Of a stretch of 64,000 nucleotides of DNA, positions 1-13,464 are shown piece by piece. Position numbers and translations under genes: made by a program. The number at the start of each line of letters is the position of its first letter. The stretch's first letter is position 1. This stretch comes from Carcharhinus longimanus. Taxonomy: Eukaryota. Where the stretch lies: assembly GCA_030264375.1 (NCBI GenBank), contig JASCQW010000162.1, positions 96,169,805 to 96,233,804 of the forward strand, in the 5' to 3' direction. The notes beneath the pieces are model-generated. The model saw nothing but the letters and a program-made list of their open reading frames with translations, ran no database searches and had not been told where the DNA came from.

Positions 1-994
1 ATTCTATAGCCCAAATCTTCTAGTTTACATATTGTCATAATCTGGAGTTAAGTTGGGAGAAGCATGTGATCCTCTGCAGAGCTCCTGACGCACACACACA
101 TGCACTAAAATTGCCTGGCAAGTTTAAACTTCCAGTGAACTGATTTCTAGTCCTGGGTATCCTCTGCAAGAACCTCTGACACTGAGGTCAGTATCAAGGA
201 CATGGGCCAGATATGTGGGACCTACTTAGATATTTAACCTAGAAATATTACCCTCGTTAATACTTGGTCTACCACACCCTGACATAACACAATTACCCTC
301 CAATCCATCGACTCCTCGCAGATCTGACCTGACTACCCATCCCCACCTGCCTACCAACCCCATCTGACAACCTCCCCGATCTGATCCAACACAACGACTC
401 CTCTCCTCATTCCGAAATGATCCGACACACTCTGACCAGACACGATGACACTCGAGCCAACCTGGAAACCACCCCCATCACCCTCCATCTGACAACCCCT
501 CGACCTGACTAAACCACACCTTCCTCCCGACTGCTCCCCGTGCCTGACTACCTCCTTGGTGACTTGACCCAACTAGACCACCAAGCTAGCCCCGAACCAA
601 GCCAAATACACCCTAGACACAACCTGACTACCACCCTGCTCAATTAACCTCCTCATCTGGCTCTTCATTCATTCACTTATTTATCCACTCACTCATCACC
701 CGCTCGTCTAACTATTCACTAATTCACTCACTAACCCATTGAGAAACTTGAGAACTTTAACGTTTTACCTGAACATGGCAACTAATGCTGTAGAATGGGA
801 CACATCCTCTCTTCACTCACCTCCTCTATACTTGATGGTCTACTGTGGAGATGTCTGCACTGACCCATCACTGCTGCAGTCAGAATTGGAAGTCCTCATC
901 AAAAGTGTGTAAAAAGGTTGGATTGCAGAAATCCTTGTGGGGGAGAGTGGCAGCAGCGATGCATGCAGCATCAATGCCTACTATAAGAGTGAGA

Positions 995-1400
995 TAATAT
1001 TCTCTGGAGTTTAGAAGAATGTTGGGTGATCTCATTGAAACATTCAAGATTATAAAGGGGCTTGACGGGATAGATACTGACAACTTGTGTCCTCTAATTG
1101 AAGAATCTAGAGCAAGGGGGCACAATTTCACGATAAGGAGCAGTCACTTTGGACTGAGATGAGTAGAAATTTCTTCATTCGAAAGGTTGTGAATCTTTGC
1201 AATTCTCTACCCGAGAAGGCTCCATCACTGAACATATCTAAGGCTGAGATAAACAGATTTTGGTCTTTCAGAGAATCTATAAATATGGGGACCAGGTGGG
1301 AAAGTGGAGTTGAAGCCCAAGATCAGCTATACTGATATTGAATGGCAGAGCAAGCTCGATGGGCCTTCTCCTGTTCCAATTCCTTATGTTCTTACATTCT
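995..1400 (+). mobile_element. CR1 LINE 3' end
   Basis: Degenerate YSLEFRRM.GDLIETFKI..GLD RT C-terminus and CR1 3'UTR ending tccttatgttctta. Confidence 0.8.
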
Positions 1401-2361
1401 TATGTCAGTGGTTGAATGGATGAAGATGGAGCGAAGGTATGGATGGGTAACATATGACATAAGTGTCCTCCTGGCTCGTGCAAAGAAATAATACCCACAT
1501 TGCAATTATCCCAGAGGGACAAACTTTGTGCTTGAATAAGCTATTCAAGGAGGCTGTTTGCACTACATGGAATAGGTGGATTGTTGATGGAGAAAAAGAA
1601 ACCTTCACCAAGACTGATGTTCTGTGTGGTTTTATCCTCAAATTGTGGTGTGTTATTAATGCACAAACTTCATCTTTCAAAAAGTGTAGAATATCCGATT
1701 TGATGGATGGAGAGAAAGATGATTTGTTATTGGGGAAAGATTCTGAAATTGAAGTGCCTAGTCTGATCCATTGTGGGATCCTTCCGACAATACCACAGCC
1801 AAAATGACTCAGAATGGGTTTGATGAGCTCCACATCACATGCTGAAGACAATGGCCATAATTTTCAAACTGTTCATGCTGGCAGGATCTTCTGTTCTGCC
1901 AACTGCGCAACCCTATAAGGTATGGGGTGCAGTCAACAGGAAATTTCATTGACAGCAGCACCAGATAATCCCACAGGCAGCAAATGTTGCACCACCCCCC
2001 ACCACGAGAAACACACCACAAGGAGGCCCAAAAATGCATCCCCCTCCCTGGCTCCCCAACAAATCTAATGGCTTTTGGAACACTTTGACCAGGATTTTTC
2101 CATCCCGCCCACCACTGGAATTTTAGCGGGCGGATTGTGGAGAATGTGAAATGCCATGGCTGGGTGGGAATTTCTCGCTTTTAGACCAGCTGGAGAATTC
2201 CGCCCTTTGATTCTGGTTAAAGATATTTTTGTAGAATGAATTAATTCAATAAAATGTGACACAATGACTTAATCTGAATTATTCTTGTTATGCTTTTTGT
2301 TCATTCTCTGAAATGGTAGCCACCCACACCAGCACACACAATTCACATTTTATATTCAATG

Positions 2362-2434
2362 TACAAGTCGACCCCTGTTTTTAAAAAGATTTTTCGAGGC
2401 TTCAAAGGTCGAATTATATGCTGCAATCTATGGT
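2362..2434. mobile_element. Tc1/pogo-like DNA transposon end
   Basis: tacaagtcgacccc...ggtcgaattatatgc...tatggta resembles a pogo/Tigger-type TIR ending at TA. Confidence 0.4.
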
Positions 2435-3149
2435 AAAAGATAAACCCAGAATATTACTTTGGGTTAAACTGTCACTGCAGGGGTCAAAGGTCAAGCCTGT
2501 AAAAATCTAGGATTGACATCAGGAAGTTATTCCACACAAAAAGACTGATCAGCACAAGGAAAGAATTTCTGGGTAATAGCAGTGAAGCCAATTAAACCAT
2601 TGAATAATTTAAGAAACTGTGAATGTTGTGCTTGGAGTTGTGGGAAGGTAATTCTCGGTCACTTCTGAGCAGACGAGCTGAGATGATCTAAATAGCCTTT
2701 CTTCCTCATGTTGAACTTTCAATCTTGTGGGAGTGAAATAAATTCATTATACAGCATTTGCAACAATAATATACAGTTTAACCCATCTTCTTCTTCTGAA
2801 TTATCTGTGGCCATTTCATTCATGATTCTGCCATGTATATTTTTAAAAATTGCATTTTTGCCCTATTTTTACATTGCTTTGCCTTCCTGTCCCAAGGCTA
2901 CTCCAACATTCTCAGAATAGAGGTTGAGTAAACAGCCTGATCCAAGGCCTCATTCAGTATTCGTCCAGTAGTAGAAGAATGAGACGGCAGTCTACTTTGA
3001 TATTCAGCCTCAGGTTTTCTCTTTGTTTAACTCAGTAAAAGCCTGGCCACATCAGTGACTGGGATCCTGTGAGAGTCGTAGAGGCAAATCCTTCTTTTAC
3101 TCATCAGCTGCGAAACACACAGTCATGAAGCAATCAAGATGCAGCACTC

Positions 3150-3715
3150 CTTACTTGAGAGGAGATCTTATAGAGACATATAAGATTATGAAGGGAATAA
3201 ATAAGATAGAAGCAGGGAAGTTGTTTCCACTGGCAGGTGAAACTAGAACTAGNNNNNNNNNNNNNNNNNNNNNNNNNNNNNNNNNNNNNNNNNNNNNNNN
3301 NNNNNNNNNNNNNNNNNNNNNNNNNNNNNNNNNNNNNNNNNNNNNNNNNNNNATAAGATAGAAGCAGGGAAGTTGTTTCCACTGGCAGGTGAAACTAGAA
3401 CTAGGGGGCATGGCCTCAAAATAAGGGGAAACAGATTTAGGACCAAGTTGAGGAAGAACTTCTTCACATAAAGGGTTGTGAATCTGTGGACTTCCCTGCC
3501 CAGTGGAGCAATTGAGGCTACCTCATTGAATGTATTTAAGGCAAGGATAGATAAATTTTTGAACAGTAAAAGAATTAAGGGTTATAGTGAGTGAGTGGGT
3601 AAGTGGAGCTGAATCCACGAAAAGATCAGCCATGATCATATTGAATGGCAGAGCAGGCTCGAGGGGTTACTTTGCCTATTCCTACTCCTAGTTCTTATGT
3701 TCTAATTATGTTCTT
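3150..3715 (+). mobile_element. CR1 LINE 3' end spanning a gap
   Basis: LRGDLIETYKIMKGINKIEAGKLFPLAGETRTRGH, then CR1 3'UTR with (tcttatgt) tail. Confidence 0.85.
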
Positions 3716-4729
3716 AAAGGCCGTGAGGAGCCCCAATCAAAAGTTGCTCCTTTCTTTCTAGGTTTAATCTCAGGCATTTTTTTTTCCAGTAAATGAAAGC
3801 AACCAGAGTGCTAGCATAAGCAAGAGAGGGGATCAAAAATACAAAGGCCTACAGTGTCCATGAAATTGCATTGATATCCAAACCTATGTATACGATTGCA
3901 GTTTAAATGATAATTATGTCATTGTTACGTCATTGTTATGACATTCCCCAATCTTTAACACTAGTTTAAAAAACACTTTGCTGGAAGTTGATCCCGCCCT
4001 TAAATCTGGAAACACCCCAAACTGAAATAATGATCATGGCTAATTTCTTGTGTGGCTATTTAAAGAGGGCTTTCAAGTGGAAGTCTTTTTTTAGACACAC
4101 AGGTAAATTTTAAGTGTTTTTCAATCTCAACACATATTTCATTTACTAAGTAACTGACCGGTATGCACCATCAAAACTAATAAATGGTTCAGTATTGTTA
4201 TTTTCAATGAGTAAAATCTGGCTACTCACAGGTAGTGAACAACACACTCATATCAAATATAATTATTGTTTTGATAAATGAATTTTAAGCTCAATTAATA
4301 AAACTGCACCAGATTTTCATTCTAAATTTCATCAATGAATACTATTTAATACAAAGAAAAAAATGAAGTCATTACATTCTATCATGCCGCCCAATTGCGC
4401 TGGTTCATGTAATGTTTTACACTTGTGATTATACAAATCAGTTTGAACAGAAAGCGAAATAATTGCTTCAAGCACAATTTTCATTCAATTTGCTTATTAC
4501 ACCTAAAGTGGAAACTTTACCTCTTGGTTCCTATTCTTGACCCCTTCCTGTGACTTCTGCTGAGAAAGTATTCATATGTGTGTGTTGAATATGAATTAGG
4601 CTCATTTGTAATGTCCTTTTATCTCCACAATCATACGCTAAAAGGCAGCTCACTTCCAGCTTTTCAAGGACAATTGGGGATGGGTAATAAATGTTGGCCA
4701 AGTCAGTGCTGTCCTACCTGCTGTCAGTG

Positions 4730-4852
4730 TTCATACCATGAGGAAAGGCATCATTACCCTCATCTGCATATGGAAGGAGGCATATGAAATTGGTGACACT
4801 GCTGAATGTGGATTACAAAATTCTGTCCAAGGTCATTGCCAGTAGGGTCAAC
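4730..4852 (+). mobile_element. L1/Tx1-clade RT fragment
   Basis: LLNVDYKILSKVIASRV, the conserved NWRPISLLNVDYKIL..I..R motif of L1/Tx1 RTs. Confidence 0.65.
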
Positions 4853-4929
4853 TTTACTTTCCATCCTAATGAAGAATTCTATCACGTGATGGTCACTTTT
4901 CCTAATGGACCCCACAAAACAAGTGTTAA

Positions 4930-5945
4930 GTAACCCCTTGTCATTACATTACCAGATCTAGGATAGCCTATTCCCTAGTTGGTTCATTGACACATGATCT
5001 AAAGAAAATCTCATACACACTCCAGGAATTCATCCATCACAGTATTATTGCTAATTTGGTTTACCCAATCTATGTCTAGATTAAAGTCACCCATGATTAC
5101 TGAAACATCAGTGCTACGTGCATCTCCACTTTCCTGAATATGCGATCCCCTACTAATCTGTTACGCTTTGCATGCCTAAGGACAACTCTCACTAATATTT
5201 CCATTATCCTTTCTGACTGTGGCACTGATTTTATCCTTTACTAACAATGTCATCTACCTCCTTTCCCTTTTTTGCCTGTCCTTCCTAAATATCGAATATC
5301 CTCAGACATTCAGTTCCCAGCCTTGGTCAACCTGCAGCTATGTCTCCATAATAACAATTATTTCATACCCGTTTACATTTGTGCTGTTAATTCATCTACC
5401 TTACTGTGAATTTTCCATGCATTTAGGTACAATAGTTTTAGTCTTTTTGTTTTAACATTTTCACACAGTTTTTTTGTACAATGGTCTTATTTGCCATTCA
5501 TCCTGTATCCTCTGTCTTCCACTTTTGCTTTTTATTTTTCTATCTCTCATTTCTATCTTTGTTGTCCTTTTTTGTGTCTCCCTGCTCAGGTTTCCCTGCT
5601 TACTCTAGTTTTAACCCCCCAACCCACATTACTATCAAATACATCTGAATCCTGCTGGGATGCAACCAGCCTATCTTGTACAGGTTCTATCTTCTCCAGA
5701 ATTGGTCCCAATGCCGCAGGAATCAAAATCCCACCCTCCTCCACCTTCTTTCCAGCCATGCATTCATTTAATCTATTCTCTTATTCCTGATCTCACTAGT
5801 ATGTGGTGCTGGGTGCAATCCTGAGACTATTACCTTTGAGGTTCAGACTCCCTATATTCTGCTTTCAGGACCTCATCCCTCTTTCTATCTATGTCATCGG
5901 TAATGATATGGACCACAGCCCCTGGTTGTTCACCCTCTCCTTCAG
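4930..5945 (-). mobile_element. CR1 LINE ORF1 (esterase-like)/endonuclease fragment
   Basis: Minus strand shows IMGDFN AP-endonuclease motif (aagtcacccatgat) and V.HI.TDDIDRK-like ORF1 sequence; heavily degenerate. Confidence 0.6.
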
Positions 5946-5959
5946 AAAAATGCCCGATT

Positions 5960-6780
5960 TACCTCTGATTACCCAGGAAGGATAAGGTGTCTCAAAAATC
6001 TGGGCAACAGGTGAAGCTAATGTTACATGTTGTTACTATGCAGTAGCAACATGAGATCTGTTCTCCACAACAGGATGCTGCCATCAAGCCAAAAAGATGT
6101 TTTGCCTATTACTCAAATGAGTAATGTGTTATATAAATGTCAATGCTGGTATAATACCAGATATGTGAATTGTATGTCCCAATGACTGGTGGCCTGTATC
6201 AAACAATATGTCTCTTTGGCTATTTACAACAGGCAAAGTACTGACTGTCACCGATCAGCTCGTACTTACAAAACTCAAAACACAGGCTTGAATTATCCAG
6301 CCCTTCACAACCGCAGGGTCTCCCAGTCCTGTAGAGATTTCAATAGTTTGCCAACATCACCGTGGGTGCTGAAACATTCCAGCCACTGTGTCCAACATGC
6401 GACGTCATTCCACAATTGGGCAACACTTGCTAAACAATCCTGATTCTGCTAAGAATTACATTAAAAAAACAATTTATGTTCATTGGTTGGACTTGCAGTG
6501 TGGCTCACTTATGCATGCTGGAAACCACATTCATATACACAGCCCTGTCCTTTGCAGACAGAAGGAATGTGTCAACGCACCATGCCTTTTCCAATTATAT
6601 AAAAGATTGGGGGATAGTACTTCCTCGATTCATTCTCCATGGCAATGCTTCAACCAATGAGAGTTGATGTCTCTGGCTCGAACTTGGAGGGGAAGTTTGG
6701 CAGCTGACAATTAAATGTTCTCTGCTTTATTCCGCATGGCAATACTCTGCCGATCAGAATCCAATTGCCAACCAAACTAT
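5960..6780 (+). mobile_element. Penelope-like retroelement, GIY-YIG endonuclease C-terminal remnant
   Basis: STIGQHLLNNPDSAKNY...LETTFI...PVLCRQKE, typical of PLE GIY-YIG ends; frameshifted. Confidence 0.7.
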
Positions 6781-7222
6781 GTCCCGAGGTGTTCGGACAT
6801 CCCTGGGCTATTTGAAAACCAGCCCAGGCTGTCATGATGGCTCATGGGGAACAACAGCTATCCACTGAGATCCTGACTGATAACACCAGTGCGGAGGCCT
6901 GAGGCGGAGGCCTGCTACAATGAGGCCCACGCTGTTACCTGGCCCATTGTGGAGTGATGCACAGGCCTGCTTAAAATGCGGTTCCGGTGACAGGACTGCT
7001 CTGGGAGTGCCCTTGAGTACTGCCCCGTGTGGGCCTCCCATTTCATCATTGTGTGCTGCATGCTTCACAGTATAGCACAGCAGAAGGGAGACCACTTGAA
7101 GGAAAAAGAGGAGGATCACCAACTGCAGGATGTGGTGGAGATGCCCTATGAGGATTGGAGGAGGATAGAGAACAGGCAACAATGGCAAGGGCCTAGCAAG
7201 GCAGGGCAGCAAGGGTTGTTTT
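6780..7222 (+). mobile_element. PIF/Harbinger transposase (HARBI1-like) C-terminal remnant
   Basis: GLLKMRFR...SGSALEY.P...SHFIIVCCMLHSIAQQKGD followed by an acidic tail. Confidence 0.75.
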
Positions 7223-7224
7223 TA

Positions 7225-8265
7225 TGACTGGAAGCCAGTGTCCCGTGGTGAACTGCAAGAATCAGTACTGGGTTCCATACTGTTTGTATGTACACTAATG
7301 ATCTAAACAATGAAAGTGGGAGGTATGATCAGGAAGTTTGTAGATTACATGAAAATTGGTGGTTTAGTAAATAGCGAGGAGAACCTTAAATTTCAGAACA
7401 ATATAGAGACTGGTCAGATGGCAGAACAGTGACAAATGAAATTTATCCCTGAGAAGTGTTCGGCAATGCATTTTGGAAGGACTATCAAGGCAAAGGAATG
7501 CACAATGAACAATATGGAAATACAGAGGACCAGAGGAATCTTGAGATACATGTTCATAGATTCCTGAAGGCAGCAGGTAGATAATGTAGTTAAGGCAGCG
7601 TATGGCAAAGAGCCTCTTTTGTATTGTAAAACTTTACAACTCTAAGAAGCCTCAAAAAGATATTCGTTGGATATCTACGACCTCACCCGGTGCTGGGATT
7701 CTCCAGTGCGCTGCAGTGAATGGAGTGTTGGCTGAGTGCCAAATTGTCACTGGCAGTGGGCTGGGAACAGACCAGATTGAAAAACCCCGCCCTTTGATAG
7801 ATTGGGCATCAAGGTGGCAGATGGAGCATGAAAGAGAAATGAAATGTTATTCGCTCTGGCAGTAAGAATAAAAAAAATTTAAATGGAGTAAAACTGATAA
7901 ACGTAAATGTTCAGGGAAAGTTGGATGTACTTGTGCAAGGTGCACAGAAAGCGAGCATATAGTAATAGAAAGCAGTTAGAAGGCTAAAAGCAGTTTGGAT
8001 TTATTGCAAAGAGTTTGGAGTACAAGTATAAGGAAGCCTTGCAACAATTGTTTCAGACTGGTGAGACCACACCTGGAGTTCGGTGAGCAGTTTTAATGGC
8101 CATCAAAGGGAGGATATACTTGCACAGGACAAGGTACAGCAAAGGTTCGCTATCTTGGTTCCTTAGATAAGAGGTTTATCCTGTGATGTGAAGTTGACTA
8201 AATATACTCTGTGAAATTCAGAAGTATGAGAGGTGATCTCTTTGAATTACACATGATTCTAAAGA
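7225..8265 (+). mobile_element. CR1 RT fragments interrupted by a small Harbinger-type MITE (~7690-7792)
   Basis: SGVP..SVLG..LF, KFVDYMKIGG (FADD relic), MHFGR, VRPHLE motifs. Confidence 0.7.
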
Positions 8266-8269
8266 TGGT

Positions 8270-8825
8270 TTGATTTTATTTGATTTGATTTATTATGGTC
8301 ACATGTATTAGTGTACAGTGAAAAGTATTGTTTCTTGTGCGCTGTACAGACAAAGCATATCGTTCGTAGAGAAGGAAACGATAGAGTGCAGAATATAGTG
8401 TTACAGTCATAGTTAGGATGTAGAGAAAGATCAACTTAATGTGAAGTATGTCCATTCAAAAGTCTGATCGCACAAGGGAAGAAACTGTTCTTGAGTCGGT
8501 TGGTACATGACCTCAGACTTTTGTATCCTTTTCCCAATGGAAGAAGGCGGAAGAGAGAATGCCCGAGGTGTGTGGGGTCCTTAATTATGCTGGCTACTCT
8601 GTTGAGGCAGCGGGAAGTGTAGACAGAGTCAATGGATGGGAGGCTGGTTTGCATGATGGATTGAGCTACATTGAATGTTTTGTAGTTTCTTGTGTTCTTG
8701 GACAGAGCAGGAGCCATACCAAGCTGTGATACAACCAGAAAGAGTGCTTTCTATGGTGGCATCTGCAAAAGTTGGTGAGAGTCCTAGTTGACATGCCAAG
8801 TTTCTTTAGTCTTCTGAGAAACAGT
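8270..8825 (-). mobile_element. Rex1/Babar-type LINE 3' end
   Basis: ORF 8436-8717 LPSIDSVYTSRCLNRVASIIKDPTHLGHSLFRLLP.GK.YKSLRS.TNRLKNSFFP.AIRLLN; (aaatc)n tail. Second copy at 43945-44560. Confidence 0.8.
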
Positions 8826-9050
8826 AAGTAATCTCACAACACCAGGTTAAAGTCTAACAGCTTTATTTGGTAGCACGAGCTTTTGGAGCACTGCTCCTTC
8901 ATCAAGTGAGTGCAGGATTTGTTTCACAAACAGGGAATATACAGACAGAAACTCAGTTACAAGATAATGGTTGGAATGCAAGTGTTAACAGGTAATCAAT
9001 TAACCTGTGCTTAACCCCCTCTCCACGCACACTGTCTGCACCTGTAAAGA
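8823..9050 (-). mobile_element. Penelope-like terminal repeat with degenerate hammerhead ribozyme
   Basis: Minus strand actcacTTGATGAaggagcagtgctccAAAAgctcgtg...ctttaacctggtg; same family as 29363 and 56373. Confidence 0.7.
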
Positions 9051-9479
9051 CNNNNNNNNNNNNNNNNNNNNNNNNNNNNNNNNNNNNNNNNNNNNNNNNN
9101 NNNNNNNNNNNNNNNNNNNNNNNNNNNNNNNNNNNNNNNNNNNNNNNNNNNNNNNNNNNNNNNNNNNNNNNNNNNNNNNNNNNNNNNNNNNNNNNNNNNN
9201 NNNNNNNNNNNNNNNNNNNNNNNNNNNNNNNNNNNNNNNNNNNNNNNNNNNNNNNNNNNNNNNNNNNNNNNNNNNNNNNNNNNNNNNNNNNNNNNNNNNN
9301 NNNNNNNNNNNNNNNNNNNNNNNNNNNNNNNNNNNNNNNNNNNNNNNNNNNNNNNNNNNNNNNNNNNNNNNNNNNNNNNNNNNNNNNNNNNNNNNNNNNN
9401 NNNNNNNNNNNNNNNNNNNNNNNNNNNNNNNNNNNNNNCTTAGGATAAGCAGTGAATCAATTTGGACTGAATTGAACAA

Positions 9480-9710
9480 GGATAAATCTCTTCATCAGAG
9501 GGTTATGAATGTTTGGAGCTGTCTACCCCAGAGGGTTGTGGATAATCCAGCGTTGGATATATTTAAAACTGAGGGCAATAGATTTCTGATCTCAGGGTAT
9601 CAAAGGATATAGGGAGCATCTGGAAGGTTGAGGTAGAAGACCAACCTTGCTCATACTGAATGGTGGTGAAGATCGATTAGTCTAACTCTGCTCCAATTTC
9701 TTATATTTTT
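9480..9710 (+). mobile_element. CR1 LINE 3' end
   Basis: QRVMNVWSCLPQRVV..LDIFK motif and CR1 UTR. Confidence 0.7.
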
Positions 9711-10199
9711 TAAAAAACATTGTTCTCTTCCAGCTTTCGTTAATGTATTTTGGGACCACATCCTTCCTGCTTCCACTGCCCTTTCTATTACTTTGATACG
9801 ATGCTCAGTTTAGATACTTAAAATATACTTGCCATCTCATTATATTTTATATTTGGCACAGCAAGCAGGGAGCAGCAGCATAGCAGTGTATTGAATCATA
9901 CTGCTCACTATGATCCTTTCCAGAATTAGAACCCGTTTCACTTTTACTGGCAGAGATGAGATTAATCCACTGGAGCTGCCATTATATATTAGCACTAACA
10001 ACCTAATGGAACTGACTGAAGTCAGCACTTGTGCCTCTGCTACAGGTGCTTGCAAGTTTCAATTTAGCAGACTCACTATTGGCATCTGAGAACATCACAT
10101 TCTGAGGGTGCCAGCCACTGGGTTCATTTGTTCTAGTGAAGAATAACAGTTGTATAACACTAACTGTTATGTTAGTGCCTTCATTGGTTTGACCAATAA

Positions 10200-10625
10200 G
10201 GCAGCACAGTGGCACAGTGGTTAGCACTGCTGCCTCACAGCGCCAGGGAGCCAGGTTCAATTCTGACATTGGGTCACTGTCTGTGTGGAGTTTGCACATT
10301 CTCCCCGTTTCCATGTGGGTTTCCTCCGGGTGCTTTGGTTTCCTCCCACAGTCTGAAAGATGTGCGTTAGGTGGATTGGCAATGCTAAATTGCCCCTTTG
10401 TGTCAGGGAGATTAACAGGGTAAATAAGGGATTACGGGAATAGGGCTTGGGTGCGATTATTGTTGGTGTGGGCTCGATGGGCAGAATGGCTTCTTTCTGC
10501 TCTATGTGCATTAGCCATGCTAAATTTTCCCTCAGTGTACCCGAGTAGGCACCAGAGTGTGGCAACAAGGGGATTTTCACAGTAACTTTACTGCAGTATT
10601 AATGTAAGCCTACGAATGACACTAA
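10200..10625 (+). mobile_element. HE1/V-SINE with a second variant tail
   Basis: tRNA-like head ggcagcacagtggcacagtggttagcactgctgcctcacag; V-domain tgtgtggagtttgcacattctcccc..gggtttcctccgggtgct. Confidence 0.9.
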
Positions 10626-11849
10626 AAATAAGCTGAACAATAACATCCAGAGAAAACATTGTTCCTGTTGTTACATCCCCAACCTTTCCCATGCTCTCAT
10701 TAAAGTATTGATTTCTGGTCACCAGCTATTAATCTTACTAATGACAGTGTTCATGTGTGAACCCAGACAATGATCTGGAGTTTGCTGCCAGGGGTGAAGG
10801 AACTTTTCTAAACCTTCACAATGAATCAGCATTTGACCCAGCATATCACCCTCTGCAGGGGATTCTTGGTATCTGCAAGCAGGACAGGACACAGTGAAAC
10901 ATTCAATCGGACAACATGCGAATCCCTCACTGAACTTATCAGGTAGGAAATTGATGAAAGGATGAAAACAGCTGCTAAATAGACATTATGCTCATATACA
11001 CACCTGTCTGAAAGCCTGGTTTTAGCATGCAATATTGTGCTAATCGTTGATTACTTAAATTTGAACTTGATGGAGGTGTTAACACAGAAGTATTTGCAGG
11101 TTTTGCATTCAAGCGCTGATTAGTTGCAATTTTTGTGGAGCCATGTGGCTCAAGGGTTGTGTGAGGTTGTGTGATCTTTGAGGAGGAGGGATGTCCTGTA
11201 GTTACAGGAGAAAGGAGTTTACCTCATTTTCCTGTCCCTTTCCATACAGCAGCTCTTCCTTATTCACCTGCCCTCATGTCCTCCTCTGATTCCACCTGCA
11301 AACCAAGGGGAACCCTGGGAAGGTACCAATGGTCAAGCATTTAACTCCCCCTGGTGACTCTAATAAGGTAGTAGTAATATCCGGCAAGGTAGAATTAACA
11401 CAGCGCCTACTATTTTTAGATAAAGGGCTGGATTCTCCATTTTCGCTGGCAGCGGTAGTGGAGCGTGAATGGCTAGAGAATTCCAGCCAAAGTCCTCAGA
11501 GAGTTTCCAGAATAAATGTGGAAGTGTAAGCCAGCTGTTTATCAATCCTTAAGGTAGCTATTCCTAGATCATGCATCAACACATTACTAAGATTATGGCT
11601 CGCATTAAACACAGGCTAAACCAACATTTCACCCTAAGACCCCACCCAGGCCACTATAGACACTCTGTAACACCTAAAATATCCAAGGAAAATTACTCCC
11701 GCAGTGTCTAAAGTGGGAGGTTTATGTATACAGAAAGTGGAATAAAAATTGGGAAAGACAAATTATACAGAATAAATTAAAAGTGAGATAACAACAGGCA
11801 TAGAAAAAAGTTTAAAAATTTTTTTTATATATTCGACACTACTCAGTTC

Positions 11850-12173
11850 ATCATAGAGTCCCTACAGTACAGAAGGAGGCCATTTTGGCCCATCAAGTCT
11901 GTACCAACCACAATCCCTCCAAGGCCCTATTCCTGTAACCCTACACATTTACCTTGCTAATCCCCCTGACACAAGTGTCAACTTAGCATAGCCATACAAC
12001 CTAACCCGCACATCTTTGGACTGTGGAAGGAAACCACAGTGCCCAGGGGATGTCCATGCAGACACGGGGAGAAAGTGCAAACTCTGCACAGGGCACTGAC
12101 CCAAGGCCGGAATTGAACCTGGTCCCTGTCGCTGTGAGGCAGCAGTGCTAAACACCGTGCCACTGTGCTGCCC
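11850..12173 (-). mobile_element. HE1/V-SINE
   Basis: Full reverse-complement copy of the same SINE. Confidence 0.9.
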
Positions 12174-12649
12174 CGTAGTTTCTGAAGGAATCTGACTCCA
12201 ACTTTTAAAATGTAATTTTAAAGTCAGAGGATGGAATTTTCCAGCCAGCTATCAGGACTTTCCAGTCCTGCTGAAAGTCAATGGACCTTCAGCTGGCCCA
12301 CTGCCTCCCTCATAGTGGGTCACACTAGAGTGGGGCAGGAAAACCCCATTCAAAGAGGTTGTTTGGCAATAACGATAACTCACCACCCTGTTCAAAGACA
12401 ATTACTCCTGAATGCGCCAGCTCTACCTTTTCCTGGCATCACTGCTGGGAAACTACTGAGCAAGTATCCCATGTTATTATTCATGTTTTATTAGTGATTC
12501 TGGTGGTAAATCTATTGGTAAGGACTATTAAAGTGTATCAAGTGGAGGAGCAAGGTAAAACTGATAGCAACCTCACAGTTGGCATGCTGAACTGCTCATG
12601 TGTCTATCCCAGATGTTAATTAATGGTGAGTGCTAATAGCCACAATAAA

Positions 12650-12960
12650 AACAATTTGTATTTACATCATGCTTTAATGTAGTAAAGCATTCCAAGGCAC
12701 TTCACAATAAAATGTGACAACAAAATCACAAGCAGAGATATTAAGGCAGGTAACCAAAAGCTTGGTCAAAGAGGTAGGTTTTAAGGAGTGTCTTAAAGGA
12801 AGAAAGAGAGGTGGAAAGATTTAAAGAGGCAGTTCCCTTCTTGAACTGAGCACCTTGACAACTGAAGCCAAAAACCATCAATGGTCAAGCAATTAAAGTC
12901 AGCGACAGCAAAAGGCCAAAATTGGAGGAATGGATATATTTCAGAGGATTGTAGAGCTGC
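12650..12960 (-). mobile_element. L2 LINE 3' end
   Basis: caaaagcttggtcaaagaggtaggttttaaggagtgtcttaaagga, reverse complement of a typical L2 tail. Confidence 0.6.
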
Positions 12961-12992
12961 CTGAACCTTGTTTTACCTGACATCGTCACATA

Positions 12993-13464
12993 CAGTGTCG
13001 GATTTAGGCATCAGCTAAACCAAGCTGCAGCTTAGGGCCTCACAATCCACAGGGGCATCACAAAATTTCACAAGGTTTACAATGGAGAGAACATTTAAGA
13101 GCAGATACCAGAAAAGGAAAGGAAAGGAAGAGCAACTCAAAAAATTACTGAAAGTTGACAGTTACTTTACTCCAGAAACAGATAAGGATCCACAAACCCA
13201 AGGTGATCAGCAAAGTCCAAAACAACCACAGCCTCGCGCCTCTGCTACTGAGTCAACAGAGTCTGGAATCTTAGCTGAGGAAAACACTGGAAGTGATGCA
13301 AATCTGAGCAATACAGAGCCGACATCCACAGTTGAAACAACAAAATTCATGAGACTCAATGTAGGTCAATACGCACCTTTGTGAGACCTTTCAGTGTAAC
13401 TTTTTAACAAGGGGCCTCCGAGCTTTATATAGCTAGGGCCTCACCAAGTCTAACTCCAGCACTG
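12993..13464 (+). mobile_element. Internally deleted hAT DNA transposon with TIRs, 8-bp TSD and a 100-aa transposase N-terminal ORF (13082-13384)
   Basis: TIRs CAGTGTCGGATTTAG / CTAACTCCAGCACTG; flanks gtcacata (12985-12992) and gtcacact (13465-13472); subterminal tagggcctcac at both ends; ORF MERTFKSRYQKRKGKEE..LLKVDSYF resembles hAT transposase N-termini. Confidence 0.8.

Noticed and set aside
1405-1851. Overlapping 148-aa and 114-aa ORFs
   Set aside because: No recognisable domain or splice support; at most a very degenerate LINE relic.
3201-3404. 52-bp direct repeat flanking a gap
   Set aside because: Exact overlap either side of a 100-N gap; assembly artefact.
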